Source: the human T2T-CHM13v2.0 reference genome, Homo sapiens
DNA length: 64,000 bases
Strand: one strand, 5' to 3'
Assembly (NCBI RefSeq): GCF_009914755.1
Contig: NC_060938.1
In this document: positions 1 through 18,468 of the stretch, piece by piece
Numbering within the stretch: position 1 is the stretch's first letter
How the letters are laid out: each line of letters begins with the position of its first letter
Made by a program: the position numbers and the translations under genes
Notes under the pieces: generated by a model
What the model saw: the letters and a program-made list of their open reading frames with translations, nothing else
Told to the model about the DNA's origin: nothing
Databases searched by the model: none

Positions 1-1287
1 GAGTGCTGAGTTTTATTCATTTACATCAGAGAATTTTTTGATAGGTGGAATCTCATTATTGCAATTTTGATAATTATTTTCTGTCTTGTAGTTATTGTGG
101 TCCTCTCTTTCTCACTTGCTGTCTTCCTTTCTTATTTTTTGATTTTTTTTATGGTGATAGAGTTTTATTCTTTTTTCTTTGTCTTTTTTAAACTCTAGGA
201 ATTTTTAGTAGTTACTATGTTTGCATCAAACTTTTTTAATAGTCTATTTTAAGCTGATAATAACCTCAGTCACATATCATTAATGTGTACTTTTATTATT
301 TTATTACTTTTGAAGTGACAAAACACTAATTTTCTATGTGACGATTTAGAACTTTTCAAATTTTGTGTCTGTTTACATACTTTAAATAGTTATAGTTTTA
401 AAATTAAAAGTTATTTAAACCCCTACCATCATGTTTTATAGCACTCTGCACTTATCTATATGTTTCTCTTTACTAGTGAACTTTATACCTTTATATGTTT
501 TTGTATTGATGCTTAGCATCAGTTTAAATTGAACTCCCACAGCTTTTGTTTGTCTCCAAAAGTATGTACCTCTCCTTGACTTTTGGAGAGTTGCTTTTTT
601 TTTTTTTTTTTGGTGTAGTATTCTTAGTTGAAAGATGTTTGTTTGCTTGCTTGCTTGCTTTTAATTTCAGGACATTGAATATCTCATCTCACTCCCTCTG
701 ACCTGCAAATTCTTCTGAGAAATCCACTAATAGTATTATGAATTTTCCTTTCTAAGTGCCAAGCTGCTTTTCTCTAGCTGTTTTCAAATTGTCTTTTACT
801 TTGACTTCTGATAACTTGGTTAAAATGTGGCTTAGTATGAATTTTAGGGAGTTCATCTTACTTGGGATCCATTGAGTTTCCTGTATTTTGATATCCAATT
901 TTTTTCCTCAGTGTTGGGAAGTTGTCAGACATTATTTCTTGAATAATCTTTCTACCCCTTTTTCTCTTCTCCTTCTGGGACTTTCATAGTGAATATGTTG
1001 GTCTACTTCATGGTGTCTGATAAGTTTTCTTCACACTTTTTAATTTTTTTCTTGTTTTCTCCTTTAACTGGATAATTTCTAATGATTTGTATTCAAGTCC
1101 ACTAATACATTTTCTGCTTGATCTAATCTGCTGTTGAACTCCTGTGTAATCTTTTTAGTCCATCTGTTATATTTTTCAGGTCAAGATTTCCATTTTGTAC
1201 TTTTCAATAGATGTAAGCTCCATATTGAAATTTTAACTGTTCTCACATTGTTCTCTTGACCTCATCTGATTGAGCATCTTTATGATG
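1..1287 (-). mobile_element. Old L1 (L1M-type) ORF1/inter-ORF region, left part; interrupted by MER57 provirus
   Basis: T-rich antisense L1 ORF1-like sequence (e.g. 700-960 ctgcaaattcttctgagaaatccact...gggaagttgtcagacattatttc); L1M-like sequence resumes at 11335. Confidence 0.75.
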
Positions 1288-1685
1288 TGTTAAAAGAAAA
1301 AAATTCAGCTGAATTAAATTTAAATAAGTTTAATTGAGCAGTGAACAATTTGTGAATCGGGCAGCCCCCAGAATCACAGCAAATTCAGAGAGACTCCAGC
1401 ACAGCCATGTGGTGGAAGATTTATGGACAGCAAAGGGAACGTGACATACAGGAAACACAAGCGAGGTATAGAAACAACTGGATTGTTTTCAGCTCAGCAT
1501 TTGCCTTATTTGAACATGTTTTGAAGAGTTGGCTACATTTTATTGGCCAAAACTCAATGACTGGCACAGGCGTGGACAAGGGTTGGTTTACACCTCTACT
1601 TGTTATAGTTCATGATGTACAGTAAAACCTTTAGGCTGAACTTAATTATTTAAGGAGGCAACTTTAGGCTAAACTAGATTTAATT
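1288..1685 (-). repeat. MER57-like 3' LTR
   Basis: Clear homology to 9864-9880 + 10957-11334; resembles recalled MER57 consensus (tgttaaatcaagtttagcctaaag...). Confidence 0.88.
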
Positions 1686-2261
1686 ATTCCCCACTGTTGG
1701 CCATTTTCTCAATTTTGAAAGATTGACCAAAACTTAAAACATTGATGTCATTATTACAATCTTAAATGTACTTACCTTATCTTGAAACCCCCTGGGAAAC
1801 AGTAAAACAGTGGGTTTTGCTAGTCAGTCACAAGGACTGACTAGAGGGTATCTCTTTATGCTGAAATGTCCTGATTACAGAAGAAAAACAAAACCTAGTC
1901 TGTTCTAGGATCTATGTATTTCCTTAAAGTCTTAGTTTGATTATGTCACATTTAGCACAAGCAACTCCATTTTAGTGTGGTTTGGTCTGTCAGAGCTTAG
2001 TGCATGAGCTCAGTCTAAACAATGGCCTCTCATAATTTTGTTTTAAAAATTTCCCCTTTTTGGTCATGTTCTCACTTAGATGAGAGTGTGACCAAAATTT
2101 AGGGTCTTAGCACCACTCTCAGTTACCATCATTTTGGGTTTCCAGTCTCAGCACATCATTAATAGGTTATGGTGTCCTCATGTCACACATTTCTTTCAGC
2201 TCTTGTCATTCCAGTTAAAGAAAGACCATTTAACATTCTACAGATGTCTGCATCCAAACAT

Positions 2262-2396
2262 TTAGGAGATACACCTAATGTTAAATGACGAGTTGATGGG
2301 TGCAGCACACCAACATGGCACATGTATACATGTGTAACTAACCTGAACGTTGTGCACATGTACCCTAAAACTTAAAGTATAATAATAATAAAAAAA
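2262..2396 (+). mobile_element. Very short 5'-truncated L1PA 3' end with A tail
   Basis: ttaggagatacacctaatgttaaatgacgagttgatgggtgcagcacacc...cttaaagtataataataataaaaaaa. Confidence 0.92.
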
Positions 2397-2399
2397 GAA

Positions 2400-3000
2400 T
2401 CAGCACACCAGGGAGACTATTATTATGACTTTCAGAAGGATAATACCAAGAGGTTAGAGCATGCTCCTTACCCAGGGTCTCCATAAACCAAACCATCTCA
2501 AATAAATACATCAAAGAATAAACTAGATAAAGAGTTGACTAGCTTAAAGAAGTGGTCTTTTTGTTAATCCCCTACAACTGAATCTCTATAATATCTGATG
2601 ATTTCTCTGTTGGACATAAGTGCCAGCAGCCACACAGATACTTCTGTTTAGCCAGTAAGTAATCTAGAGCAATTATATTATTTAGCAAAACATTCACAAG
2701 AGAATTTTAAGTCTGTTGTTTAACTATAGCCTTTGCAGTAAGTTCTGCTATAGAGCCTATCCTGAGGGATACATTTCCAATCATTGCTTCTTTTACTCCA
2801 AACTATGGAAAAAGGACCTAGCAAATGATGCCCTTCTAGAAAAGTGAAGGCTGTGTATCAATGTTCTCTTTAACGCATGATGTGGGTTAAGAGGAGTGAA
2901 CTAATGTTGTGTTTCTGACTGATTATGAGGCAACATATGTACCATTAATTTTCTTACCTACATTAGGCTTTCATCTGTATCTATCAAAGTTTAAAGTTCT
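2400..3000 (-). pseudogene. env: env (TM) remnant in MER57 internal region
   Basis: Minus strand ~2645-2686 translates LNNIIALDYLLAKQ, a degenerate class I ERV immunosuppressive domain (LQNRxALDYLLA), followed by a decayed CX6CC region; boundaries approximate. Confidence 0.65.
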
Positions 3001-5330
3001 CCATATTTAAGGCTGGCTGCAAAATTATTTATGATAAAATGTATACTCCATTAGTGCACACAACAGACCACTTTTTCATTTCTATTGTTCATAGAGGCAT
3101 AAACGAGGGAAAATACTCAAAGATAAGAGTTTAATGATAGTAGAGAAGTCTTGATCTGTGATCTTGAGAAAAGCTGTTTACATCAAGAATGCCATTTTCT
3201 TCTGGGGAGAAATTTCCCTGGTTAGCTTTACCTTAAGGGTTTCAGTGGGTGTACAGTTCCAAGAGTGTGGAGGGAGCCTTCTCATTTGTGAGATTATGAA
3301 CCTAAGGTTCAAGATCACAAAGTTTTATTGCAGTGTGGAGAGCAAGGTCAGTCTTTCTCTGGTGTTCTCAGAAGATCCAATCTTTAGGTTCTAGATTCTT
3401 TCTCTGATGTTCTTAGAAGATCCAATCTTTGGGTTCCAGATTGTGAAGGCATTGATTATCTTCAGTAAATCATAAAAAGCTTTCTTTACCTGGTGAACAT
3501 ACATTTTGGCATAATAATTTAGTGTTATAACATCAGCCCTCTTGCATGGGAAAGCTTTTATACAACTGAAAAAATAACGCACTGAAAATGACAATTGAAT
3601 GAAGTCCCTCTATAAATGTTTAAATGGCCCATCAGGTAGCCAAATGTAACTGAAGTTTTTAATTGTTTTCCCAGGATTACAGGTTTGTCATTTGTCAAAA
3701 TACAGCTTTTGGCAATGTTTAGTGACAACTGAACATTGGTCATAGATTATTTTAGCACTATATGTTACCACACCAATATATTTAATTTAGATCATTTTGT
3801 CTGTTCCAGGATGAGTTGTGGAATGCGGAACTTTTAACAAAAGCTTTAAAGACTCAGGAAGGACAAGGTGGCCGTCCTGGTTCTCCATGAATCCATGCTT
3901 AACACTGGACTTACATCCTCTTGAATACCAGTTGTTTTTCCAATTTAGGGGAATAGCACTGTTAGCTCATGGGTTATGATAGGTAATTTGACTTAGACCA
4001 AGGACTTCATTCAGATTGTATATCTAAACAATTTCTGTATTGGCTGATTCAGCATGGAAATCTGGCAAAGTATTTTCTTGGTATTCAATTAATTTTTGTT
4101 CTACTTGAGTTAGCAGTTTTATGATCCAGTAAATCTTTTTTATTAAAGTTCCAGGAAGTCTTACTCAGCCCAAATAATATGATTCTCAAGTTACCAGAAA
4201 CCTGTATTCAAAAGAGCTTTTCAGGGTCCTTTCCATACTTTCATGAACCAACTAAATGACACCATATTCGGGGATTTTGCATGTTTGTGAAGTTTTCAGA
4301 AACTGTATTAGCTTTAAGAAGTTAACTGTGGAAATGACTTTAAATAGTCATAGTTAAGAACACAATTGACAGGAAAATTTAATTATTTCTCTGGTTTACA
4401 GTAACTTAATAACCATCATGATTGAGAGCATATACTTCAACATATTAGAATTTTAGAAATCCCATACAATTTTATAACATATTGATGACATACACTAAAA
4501 TATAGCCTAAAGAAGGTTAAACTTTTTTTTATTTTGACAATGCTTCTCATGTAACTTCATAAGTCAGATAATCCTGTTTACCTCTCTTTTGGATGCTTCC
4601 TGGGCCCTCTGTAGCATCTCAAAGTTAAAGGCCAGAAAAGATAATTTTGAAGCTGAAATTTAATTTTGGGAATTTTATCAAATATGGTAAAGGTTTATAA
4701 CACTTGATATTATGAAGTAGGATTCCAGGTTCTACTTTGCATAAGTCATTCATTTAGCCAAAATGCCAACTCAAAAATTGTAAAAAGGCAAAAACCTTTA
4801 CTCATTGATAGAGGGAGGACTTAGCATTGTAAACAATTTGTCTCTTGTCTTTCCCCCATTTTTCCCTGTATTTTAATCAAAAGGCAAACAAAAATCTTTC
4901 CTTATCTTTTAATGTTACATGATAATCTTGTTCAAGAGAGAAAGCCAAATTTCACCCTTGCATTAGTCTATTATTAATGTAAACTCCAATTTTTAATAAA
5001 ACCTTATAGAAAAATTGATTCAACTTTAATCAGTTTGACCATAAGGTGAGATTCTCATAAACCTTTTATACCCTTTACAAATTTTATTAAAGAGCAGATC
5101 AGTGCTTTAACAAAACCCTATTGTACTTTTATTCCGATGTTCAATTTATGGAAAAACAGAATAATACCCTTTGAAATTTAGACATTATGGTCACACAAAG
5201 AATTTCTTTTACAAGATTAAGTTTTTACAAAAAATTCACAGCTTGTTTAAACTTTCAGCTTTATCTTATCTAGTTTAAAACAATTCTTCAACCCTCTAAA
5301 CTAGGCAAAAGTTTATATGCCCATGGCTTC

Positions 5331-6325
5331 TTTTTTATTTTATTTTTTAAATTTTCATAGGTTTTTGGAGAACAGGTGGTATTTGATTACATGAGTAAGT
5401 TCTTCAGTGGTGATTTGTGAAATTTTGGTGCACTCCTCACCTGAACAAGGTACACTGAAACCAGTTTGTAGTCTTTTATTCCTCACTGCCATCCCACCCT
5501 TTCCCCCGAGTCTCTAAGGTCTGTTGTATTATTCTTATGCCTTTGCGTCCTCATAGCTTAGCTCCTACTTAAGAGTGAGAACATACAATATTTGGATTTC
5601 CATTCCTAGGTTACTTCACTTAGAATAATAGTCTCCAGTTCCATCCAGGTTTCTTTATCCAAATTGTCCTGCTATAAACACGCATGTGCAAGTATCTTTT
5701 TCATACAATGACTTCTTTTTCTCTGGGTAGATACCCAGTAATGGGATTGCTAAAAATGGTAGTTCTACTTTTAGTTCTTTAAAAAATATTCACGCTGTTT
5801 TTTTTTTGTTGTTTGTTTGTTTGTTTTTGAGATGGAGTCTTGCTCTGTTGCCCAAGCTGGAGTGCAATGGTGAAATCTCGGCTCACCGGACCCTCCACCT
5901 ACCAGGTTCAAACAATTATCCTGCCTCAGCCTCCCGGGTAGCTGAAATTAAAGGCACCTGCCACCACGTACAGCTAATTGTTGTAAATTTAGTAGAGACA
6001 GGTTTACACCATGTTGGCCAGTCTGGTCTCGAACTCCTGACCTCATGATCTGCCCGCCTTGGCCTCCCAAAGTGCTTGGATTACAGACATGAGCCACTGC
6101 ACCCAGCCTATTTCTCATGATTGTACTAGCTTACATTCCCACCAGCAGTGTAGAAGTGTTCCCTTTTCAGGGCATCCATGCCAACATCTATCATTTTTTG
6201 ATGTTTTGATTATGGCCATTCTTGCAGGAGTAAGGTGATATTTCATTGTGCTTTTGATTTGCATTTCCCTCATCATTAGTGATGTTGAGTCTTTTTTCAC
6301 GTTTGTTGGCCATTTGTATATCTTC
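5331..6325 (-). mobile_element. L1PB-like 3' end (split by Alu, with internal deletions)
   Basis: gaacaggtggtatttgattacatgagtaagttcttcagtggtgatttg L1PB-type 3'UTR; ORF2 C-terminal peptide [21 protein letters not shown] in track. Confidence 0.85.
5798..6108 (-). mobile_element. AluS
   Basis: Full dimeric Alu, antisense, with T/GTTT tail. Confidence 0.95.
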
Positions 6326-6699
6326 TGATATGGTTTTGCTATGTTCTCACCCAAATCTCATTTCGAATTGTAACTCCCACAATTCCCGTGTGTTGTGGTA
6401 GGAACCCAGTGGGAGGTGATTGAATTATGGGGCTGGGTTTTTCCTGTGCTGTTTTCATGATAGTGAATATGTCTCACAAGATCTGATGGTTTTAAAAATG
6501 AGAGTTCCCTGCACAAGCTCTCTCTTTGCCTGCCATTATCCATGCAAGATGTGACTTACTCCTCCTTGCCTTTCACCTTCCGCTATGATTGGGAGGCCTC
6601 CCCAGGCACATCAAATTGTAAATCCAATAAGCTTTTTATTTTGGAAATTGTGGGGTCTTGAGTATGTATTTATCAGCAGTGCAAAAACAGACTAATATA
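6326..6699 (+). mobile_element. THE1 (MaLR) 5' LTR
   Basis: tgatatggttttgctatgttctcacccaaatctc...cagcagtgcaaaaacagactaata(t)a. Confidence 0.92.
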
Positions 6700-7018
6700 G
6701 TAAATTGGTACTGGGAGTGGGATGTTGCTGAAAAGATACCTGAAAATGGAACTGGGTAACAGGCAGAGGTTGGAACAGTTGGGAGGGCGCAGAATAAGAC
6801 AGGAAAATGTGGGAAAATTTGTAACTTTCTAGAGACTTTGACTTTGACTTTGACTTTGATTCCCTTATTAGAGAACGGCTTTGACAAAAGTGTGGATAGT
6901 GATATGAGCAATGAGATCCAGACTGAGTAGTCTCAGATGGAGATGAGGAACTTGTTGGGAACTGGAGCAAAGTGACTCTTGTTATGTTGTAGCAAAGAGA
7001 CTGGTGGCATTTTGACCC
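6700..7018 (+). mobile_element. THE1 internal region, truncated after ~320 bp
   Basis: gtaaattggtactgggagtggg...gagactggtggcattttgaccc directly after the LTR; no 3' LTR present. Confidence 0.88.
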
Positions 7019-7516
7019 GTTATTTACATTAGGTATTTTTCCTAATGCTATCCCTCCCCTAGTCCCCTACCCCCTGACAGGCCCTGGTGTGTGATGTATC
7101 CCTCTGTGTCCATGTTTTCTCATTGTTCAACTCCCACTTATGAGTGAGAACATGTGGTGTTTGATTTTCTGTTCCTGTGTCAGTTTGCTGATAATGATGA
7201 TTTCCAGCTTCATCCATGTCCCTGCAAAGGACATGAACTCATCATTTTTTATCGCTGCATAGTATTCCATGGTGTATATGTGCCACATTTTCTTAATCCA
7301 GTCTATCATTGTTGGACATTTGGGTTGGTTCTGAGTCTTTGCTATTGTGAATAGTGCTGCAATAAACATACGTGTGCATGTGTCTTTATAGCAGCATGTT
7401 TTATAATCCTTTGGGTATATACCCAGTAATGGGATGGCTGGGTCAAATGGTATTTCTAGTTCTAGATCCCTGAGGAATCGCCACACTGACTTCCACAATG
7501 GTTGAACTAGTTTACA
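7019..7516 (-). mobile_element. L1PA fragment (ORF2 C-terminus/3'UTR) lacking poly(A)
   Basis: Track peptide CKLVQPLWKSVWRFLRDLELEIPFDPAIPLLGIYP... Confidence 0.92.
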
Positions 7517-9843
7517 GCCAGTTTTTAAGTTTCTTAATTGGATTACTGGCTTTAGGGTGGAGTCCTTGGAGAGACAGGAATAGGAGAACATGTAGTTTCT
7601 AGGGCCTAATAAACAGGCACACCTCTAAGGCAAAAACAGATCTCCAAAACGAAGGGTCTCATTTTTATATCAGATCTCAGATCCCAAAAAATAGGTTAAT
7701 GCTATGGGAGAAGACAGCGCAATGATTTTACCATGCCCTTTTATTGCATGGCAACCCCAAACCAATTAGCCTATTGTGTACCTATCCCCCAAATTAGTCT
7801 TATTTCTCAGTGGGGATGGTGGGGATTTTGCCATACCTTCCAGATGGCTAAGAGCATGCTTCTCTGATCCAACTGTGCAAAGAGCTGAGTACTGCCCCAT
7901 AACTGCCATTTTCCATCCCTGAAGGTATATTTAGTTTTAGATTTTGAAATGGATCTATCCACCTCTTATTCCTGAAGTTTCAAAAGGAAAACAAGAATTT
8001 TTTCTCAAAATGGGGTCTTTGGTGCCTCCTCTGTTTTTCTCAAGGAGTTTCTGGCTATTAGAGCTTGAATATCTGCTTTTAATTAAGCTGACTTTTAACC
8101 ATAGCACTCTCTAAAATATCTTTTTAAATCTGTTATTATCTGACTTTAGCAACATCAAGTGGCTAATATTTCTGGCTTTTAAACTTTATCAAAATAACTT
8201 CACAAGTGAAACCAACAAACTTGAACTAAGGTTATGACTTAACCATGAGTGTATAAGGTATTTTCAAAGAGATGATAAACAGTTTTTGCAAAATCTAGAA
8301 TCTTAAAAGGTAAGTCAGAGAAAGGAAGATTTAAGAAGGGAAGCTAGAAGTTGTTCATGGAGTGGGAGAGAATCAGCAAATGGTAAAGGTCACACAGATC
8401 TCAACCAGAAAGTACTTATTCCCTAAGCCAGGATTGAACCTGGGCCACCACTGTAAAATGGTGGAGACCAAAAGAAAGTACTGCCACATGGTTAACATGT
8501 CAAATGTCCAAGGACATAAAACAAGATGAGGACGTCATCCAGTTTATTTTATTTTTATTTTATTTTACTTTATTTATTTTTCTTCATAGACCTTCAGCAA
8601 AGTTTGTAACTGACCAATTTGTTGGGCTGACTTAAACAGCAGGGCTTATGGGGTCCTAAGCTTGTGTTCTATTCTAAGGTATTCCTCTTTATTACAGAAC
8701 CATACAAAAAAAAAAAAAAAAAAAAAAAAACCACACACGAAAAGTACACTATCAGATTGGCTACAGCTCAAGATTAGCCTCTTAAGCCCTTTTTTCTGTT
8801 CATCAAAACTTTACAGAGAATATAAATAGTAATTTTTACCATTTATTCAACTGGTTTGCACAGAGAGAGAGAGGCCAGAAGTATGACTGGTAAGAAATTC
8901 TTACCCTTTTGCTATGATGCCAGCTTTCTGGGTTCCCCTTCCCTGAGCAACCCTGCTTGCCACACCATAGCTCCAGGGGCCAAGCTGCATCACAAAGGAA
9001 AATCAGAGAACCATAGGCAAAATCCTTTCAATTTTGCAAGTTGCCACCCAACCAGCTGCGTGAAAGACCTGAATTATAATATTTTCCAATCTGGCCAGAG
9101 CAAAATATGTGTGCTTTAAATGAAAATACTGAAATCTTTTTAGAAGCTTCTGCATATCAATAGGCATCTCTAGATGAGGCTAATTTGGGAGCCCTCATTG
9201 TTTTAAATGAACTCCAGTGTGTTGTTCATTTGGAATGTTTCACTCTAAGTTATCTTTAGTATGGTCTTGCCATTTCTGCAACACTTTGTTGCTTCCCAGG
9301 CCTAACACTTATGCACGTGTAAGCCAGAAAGAAATAAGTTATTCAATAATTAAGAATCACATTTTTACCTAAAGCCAATGCTTGGTTCTCAGGTTCCCTT
9401 AATTAACTTAGTCAATGATTTTTTTCCTGCCTAAGCATGCAGAAAAAAAATGAAACAAAAAGGTAGAACACAAAGATCCTTGTGAATTTTTAATAGCCAA
9501 ATTTTACAACCCCTGCAATATTACAACTTACTACCAGTTTCTTTCTAACCCAGTTAGATGTAAGAGGCCTCTAACTGGATCTAAGCCAGTGAATTACCAG
9601 ATCAAATTCAATCCTGGACACAGTCCAACTTCTGTCACAACTTTAAAACTCAGTTTGCTTCAGAAATATGCTCAAAGAAACTTGGTGAGCTCAAAACACA
9701 AATTTATGAATCTCCCAAATCTCAGAGAGAACTTACCCACAATCCCCAGCTGCTCTTAGAGATCAATGGACACAAGTGTGTCATTGCTGGTACCTTGCTT
9801 GTTTACTCATCACTCCTGGGGGGTCGTTAAAGCTCTACCCTGG

Positions 9844-9861
9844 ATCCCATTTATGACACCA
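9844..9861 (-). promoter_or_regulatory. Primer-binding site, tRNA-Leu-like
   Basis: Minus strand tggtgtcataaatgggat 2 nt downstream of the 5' LTR end; resembles the complement of the tRNA-Leu(CAA) 3' end (tggtgtcagaagtgggat). Confidence 0.7.
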
Positions 9862-9868
9862 TCTGTTA

Positions 9869-10943
<1,075 letters not shown>

Positions 10944-10956
10944 AAAAGAAAAACTT

Positions 10957-11334
10957 TAGCTGAATTAAATTTAAAGGACTTTAATTGAGCAATAAACAAT
11001 TTGCAAATTGGGCAGCTCCCAGAATCACAGCAGATTCAGAAAGACTCCAGCATAGTCATGTGGTGGAGAAGATTTATGGACAGCAAAAGGAAAGTGACAT
11101 ACAGAAAACACAAGTGAGGTACAGCAACAACTGGATTGGTTACAGCTTGGCATTTGCCACATTTGAACATAATTTGAAGAGTTGGCAGCATTTGATTGGC
11201 CAAAACTCAGAGAGTGGCACAGGTGTGAGCTATGGTTTACACATCCACTTGTTATAGTTCACAATGTACAGAAAAGTCTTTAAGCTGAACTCAAATATGT
11301 AAGGAGGTGGGTTTAGGCTAAACTAGATTTAACA
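10957..11334 (-). repeat. MER57-like 5' LTR, main part (remaining 17 bp at 9864-9880)
   Basis: Homologous to 1305-1685; ends gatttaaca. Confidence 0.9.
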
Positions 11335-12230
11335 GACAATTAATGTGAATTCACTGTCAGGTAAATAATATGTCTATTATTTCATTTGATTATATTTCTT
11401 GAGATTTATTTTGTTCCTATGTTTTGGAAATATGTCTCTCTTTCTTCATTTTTCTTCACTCTTTGTGTAGGTAACTGCACATGCAAAACAAACAGCCACC
11501 TCTCCCTATCTTTACATACTGGTCTCATAGAGAATATCATCATCAATTAGCCCATTCAGAGATTCTCCGAGCTGCTCAAACTTTCCTGTTAATCTAAAAC
11601 ACTGCTTATTAGTTCTTAGTGGCTACCAGAAGTTTATAGTATACTGGCTGTCATTATTGATATGAGACAAGCAAGATAAAAATAAGTCCCTTGGACAGTG
11701 ATAGGATAGCGGAAATGTTGGATATGTGGTCCAACTCATTCCCTCCCTAGAGAGAAACGGAGAACTGAGTTTTATTTCTTCTGTCTCTGTGTTGAGTCAA
11801 AGGAGGAGCTATGATAACTACATACATCTATTTCAAACTCCCATCTTTATTCTCAGTGATCCCCAGGCATCTAGAGTATGCTGGGTGTCATCAGTGCTGC
11901 AAGATCAGGGACATAGAAGCCAGTCCTTTGACAAGACTCCAGAAAAGTTTGAACATTAAATGTGTAATTCAAGCCTTTTTCAATACAGGCTGAAGCTAGG
12001 ATCTATGCGATTTCTCTCAATTGTACGATGCTGTTTCAAGGGTATGAATTATGGAAAGGAGGTGTCGTGAATTTTTCTACCAGCTTTGATACAACTTGTT
12101 TCATAACCTAACTAGTTTCTGGATTTTTCACGAAATGTATTTGTACTTTCATTTTTGTTAAATCAGTGTGTCCATGGGAGGGAAAAACAGTACAATCCTT
12201 CCTATTCTGACACTGATATCTCTCCCAGCA
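11335..12230 (-). mobile_element. Old L1M 5' region, continuation of 1-1287
   Basis: tgagcatctttatgatg | attaatgtgaattcactgtcagg reads as contiguous L1M-like sequence across the provirus; right end approximate. Confidence 0.6.
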
Positions 12231-12639
12231 AACTACAACTTTTGAGCAGACACGTAACAACGATCAAAAGTCCTAATATCTTGTGTAAATTTGGAGGCAG
12301 TTTTTAAATGTATGTAATTTCCCAAAAATAACGCTTTAATGAGAACAAAATCACATTCTTATATTTTTGCTTAGAGATGAGCAAGGAAAGATGTTAGTAG
12401 AACCGTAATATAAAGAATGCAGAGTGCTAAAATATTATGTATAGGTTGGGAGGATAAAATGCACACATATTAAGCTGCTTGATTTTGGGAGTTCAGAGAT
12501 CTTTCTCTGTATTCTCTAGGCTTTCATCAGCTAAACAGAATTATCTAAATGTGTACTGATTATTAATAAGATTATTATTGGCCAAAGGGGAAGAAAAAAA
12601 GTATTAAAATATTTTGTATACCTTTCTTCAGTTAGGAGT

Positions 12640-12757
12640 TCTAGATTGTCAGCTCCATAAAGACACAGTTTTTCTTTGTATCCAGTGTTCTCAAAGCTGC
12701 AACTAACCTTACACATGATGGCACTCAATAGTTGTTTTAATAAATGAACGAATAAAC
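12640..12757 (+). mobile_element. L2 3' end fragment
   Basis: ctagattgtcagctccat...acacatgatggcactcaatagttgttttaataaatgaacgaat. Confidence 0.6.
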
Positions 12758-13614
12758 ACAATTACTATAAAATTAATTGGGTGTCCTCTCTGTGCATATA
12801 ATTGAAGTAACCGAGAGAGAAACATGATGACATTTCAGCCATTGCATATGAGTTCCACTTCCACTTTCAATTTTAGCTAAATATATATTAGCCTCAAAAC
12901 ACATTTTTTAATAATGGTTTAGAGTAAAGCATAACATTAGATATCAAGTGATATATCAAGCTATGGATTTAAGGATGTATTCTTAGGTCTTTTGAGTAAA
13001 AATTAAAGAAATCAAATATGCTGAATGGCAAAATAAAATTATTTTACCATTTCTACTAAAAACGGATTCTGCATATATCCTATTCAAGAAATGCTAAATT
13101 AGATTTGAAACCGAAGTTAAATGGGAAAAGCAGTTTCTCATTAAATTAAATGTAAATTGAACACTATAATAATATAATACTTCGTGGTGTTGGTACAGAG
13201 ATTTCTGTAAGAAAATCCTATTATGCACATAATGCTTAAGAATGCAATACATGAAAGTCCTGCCTTTTAAGCAACAGCATGTAGAACTAAAACCTATAAA
13301 GACACCCATCAGTATTCATCATAAGATAAATAATCTATATTGTTCTGAAGGAAAAATTTAAATTATTAAATGATGTACCTTTTTTCCTGCCACATATTTG
13401 AGAAAAGGAATACAAAAAATTTCCACTGCTATACAACACTCTCTTTATATATTTTCACTTTCTTTAAAAAATGAAGATAATAACATGCAAACATTTCTAA
13501 ACTATTGATGTCATAAAGGAAATCTGAATATAAACTTTATTATACTCACTTTTTGGCATGGTAGTATATTCTGATTTAAAAAGATATATTAGTACAGATA
13601 CATTTTAAAATTAG

Positions 13615-13940
<326 letters not shown>

Positions 13941-14012
13941 TGGAGCTCACTTTTTTATTGTATACTTAGGTTATGTGAAAGTGACAAGCCAACTCTTGGA
14001 AACAGGAGCTGA

Positions 14013-14336
<324 letters not shown>

Positions 14337-14694
14337 TATAAATACTCTTAAACATTTAAATATGTTGTAACCAAATTTCCTAAAGCACTAACTTTAATAT
14401 AAGCAATATATTCACAAACCATTAAATTAGATATGATAATAAATGATTACTTTGTATGTTTCTAGTAAAAGGTACAATTTTTCTTTTTTTATTATACTTT
14501 AAGTTCTAGGGTACATGTGCACAACCTGCAGGTATCTTACATAGATATACATGTGCCATGTTGGTTTGCTGCACCCATCAACTTGTCATTTACATTAGGT
14601 ATTTTTCCTAACACTATCCCTCCCTCAGCCCCCCACCCCCCATCACGCCCTGGTATGTGATGCTCCCCTCCCTGTGTCCATGTGTTCCCATTGT

Positions 14695-18405
<3,711 letters not shown>

Positions 18406-18468
18406 TATGATGGTAGCTGGTTGTTTTGCCTATTAATTGATGCAGTTTCTTTGTAGCGTCAATGGTCT

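Noticed and set aside
8706-8730. 25-nt poly(A) as the tail of a processed pseudogene
   Set aside because: There is no upstream mRNA-like body or TSD; it is most simply an expanded A-run within the ERV internal sequence.
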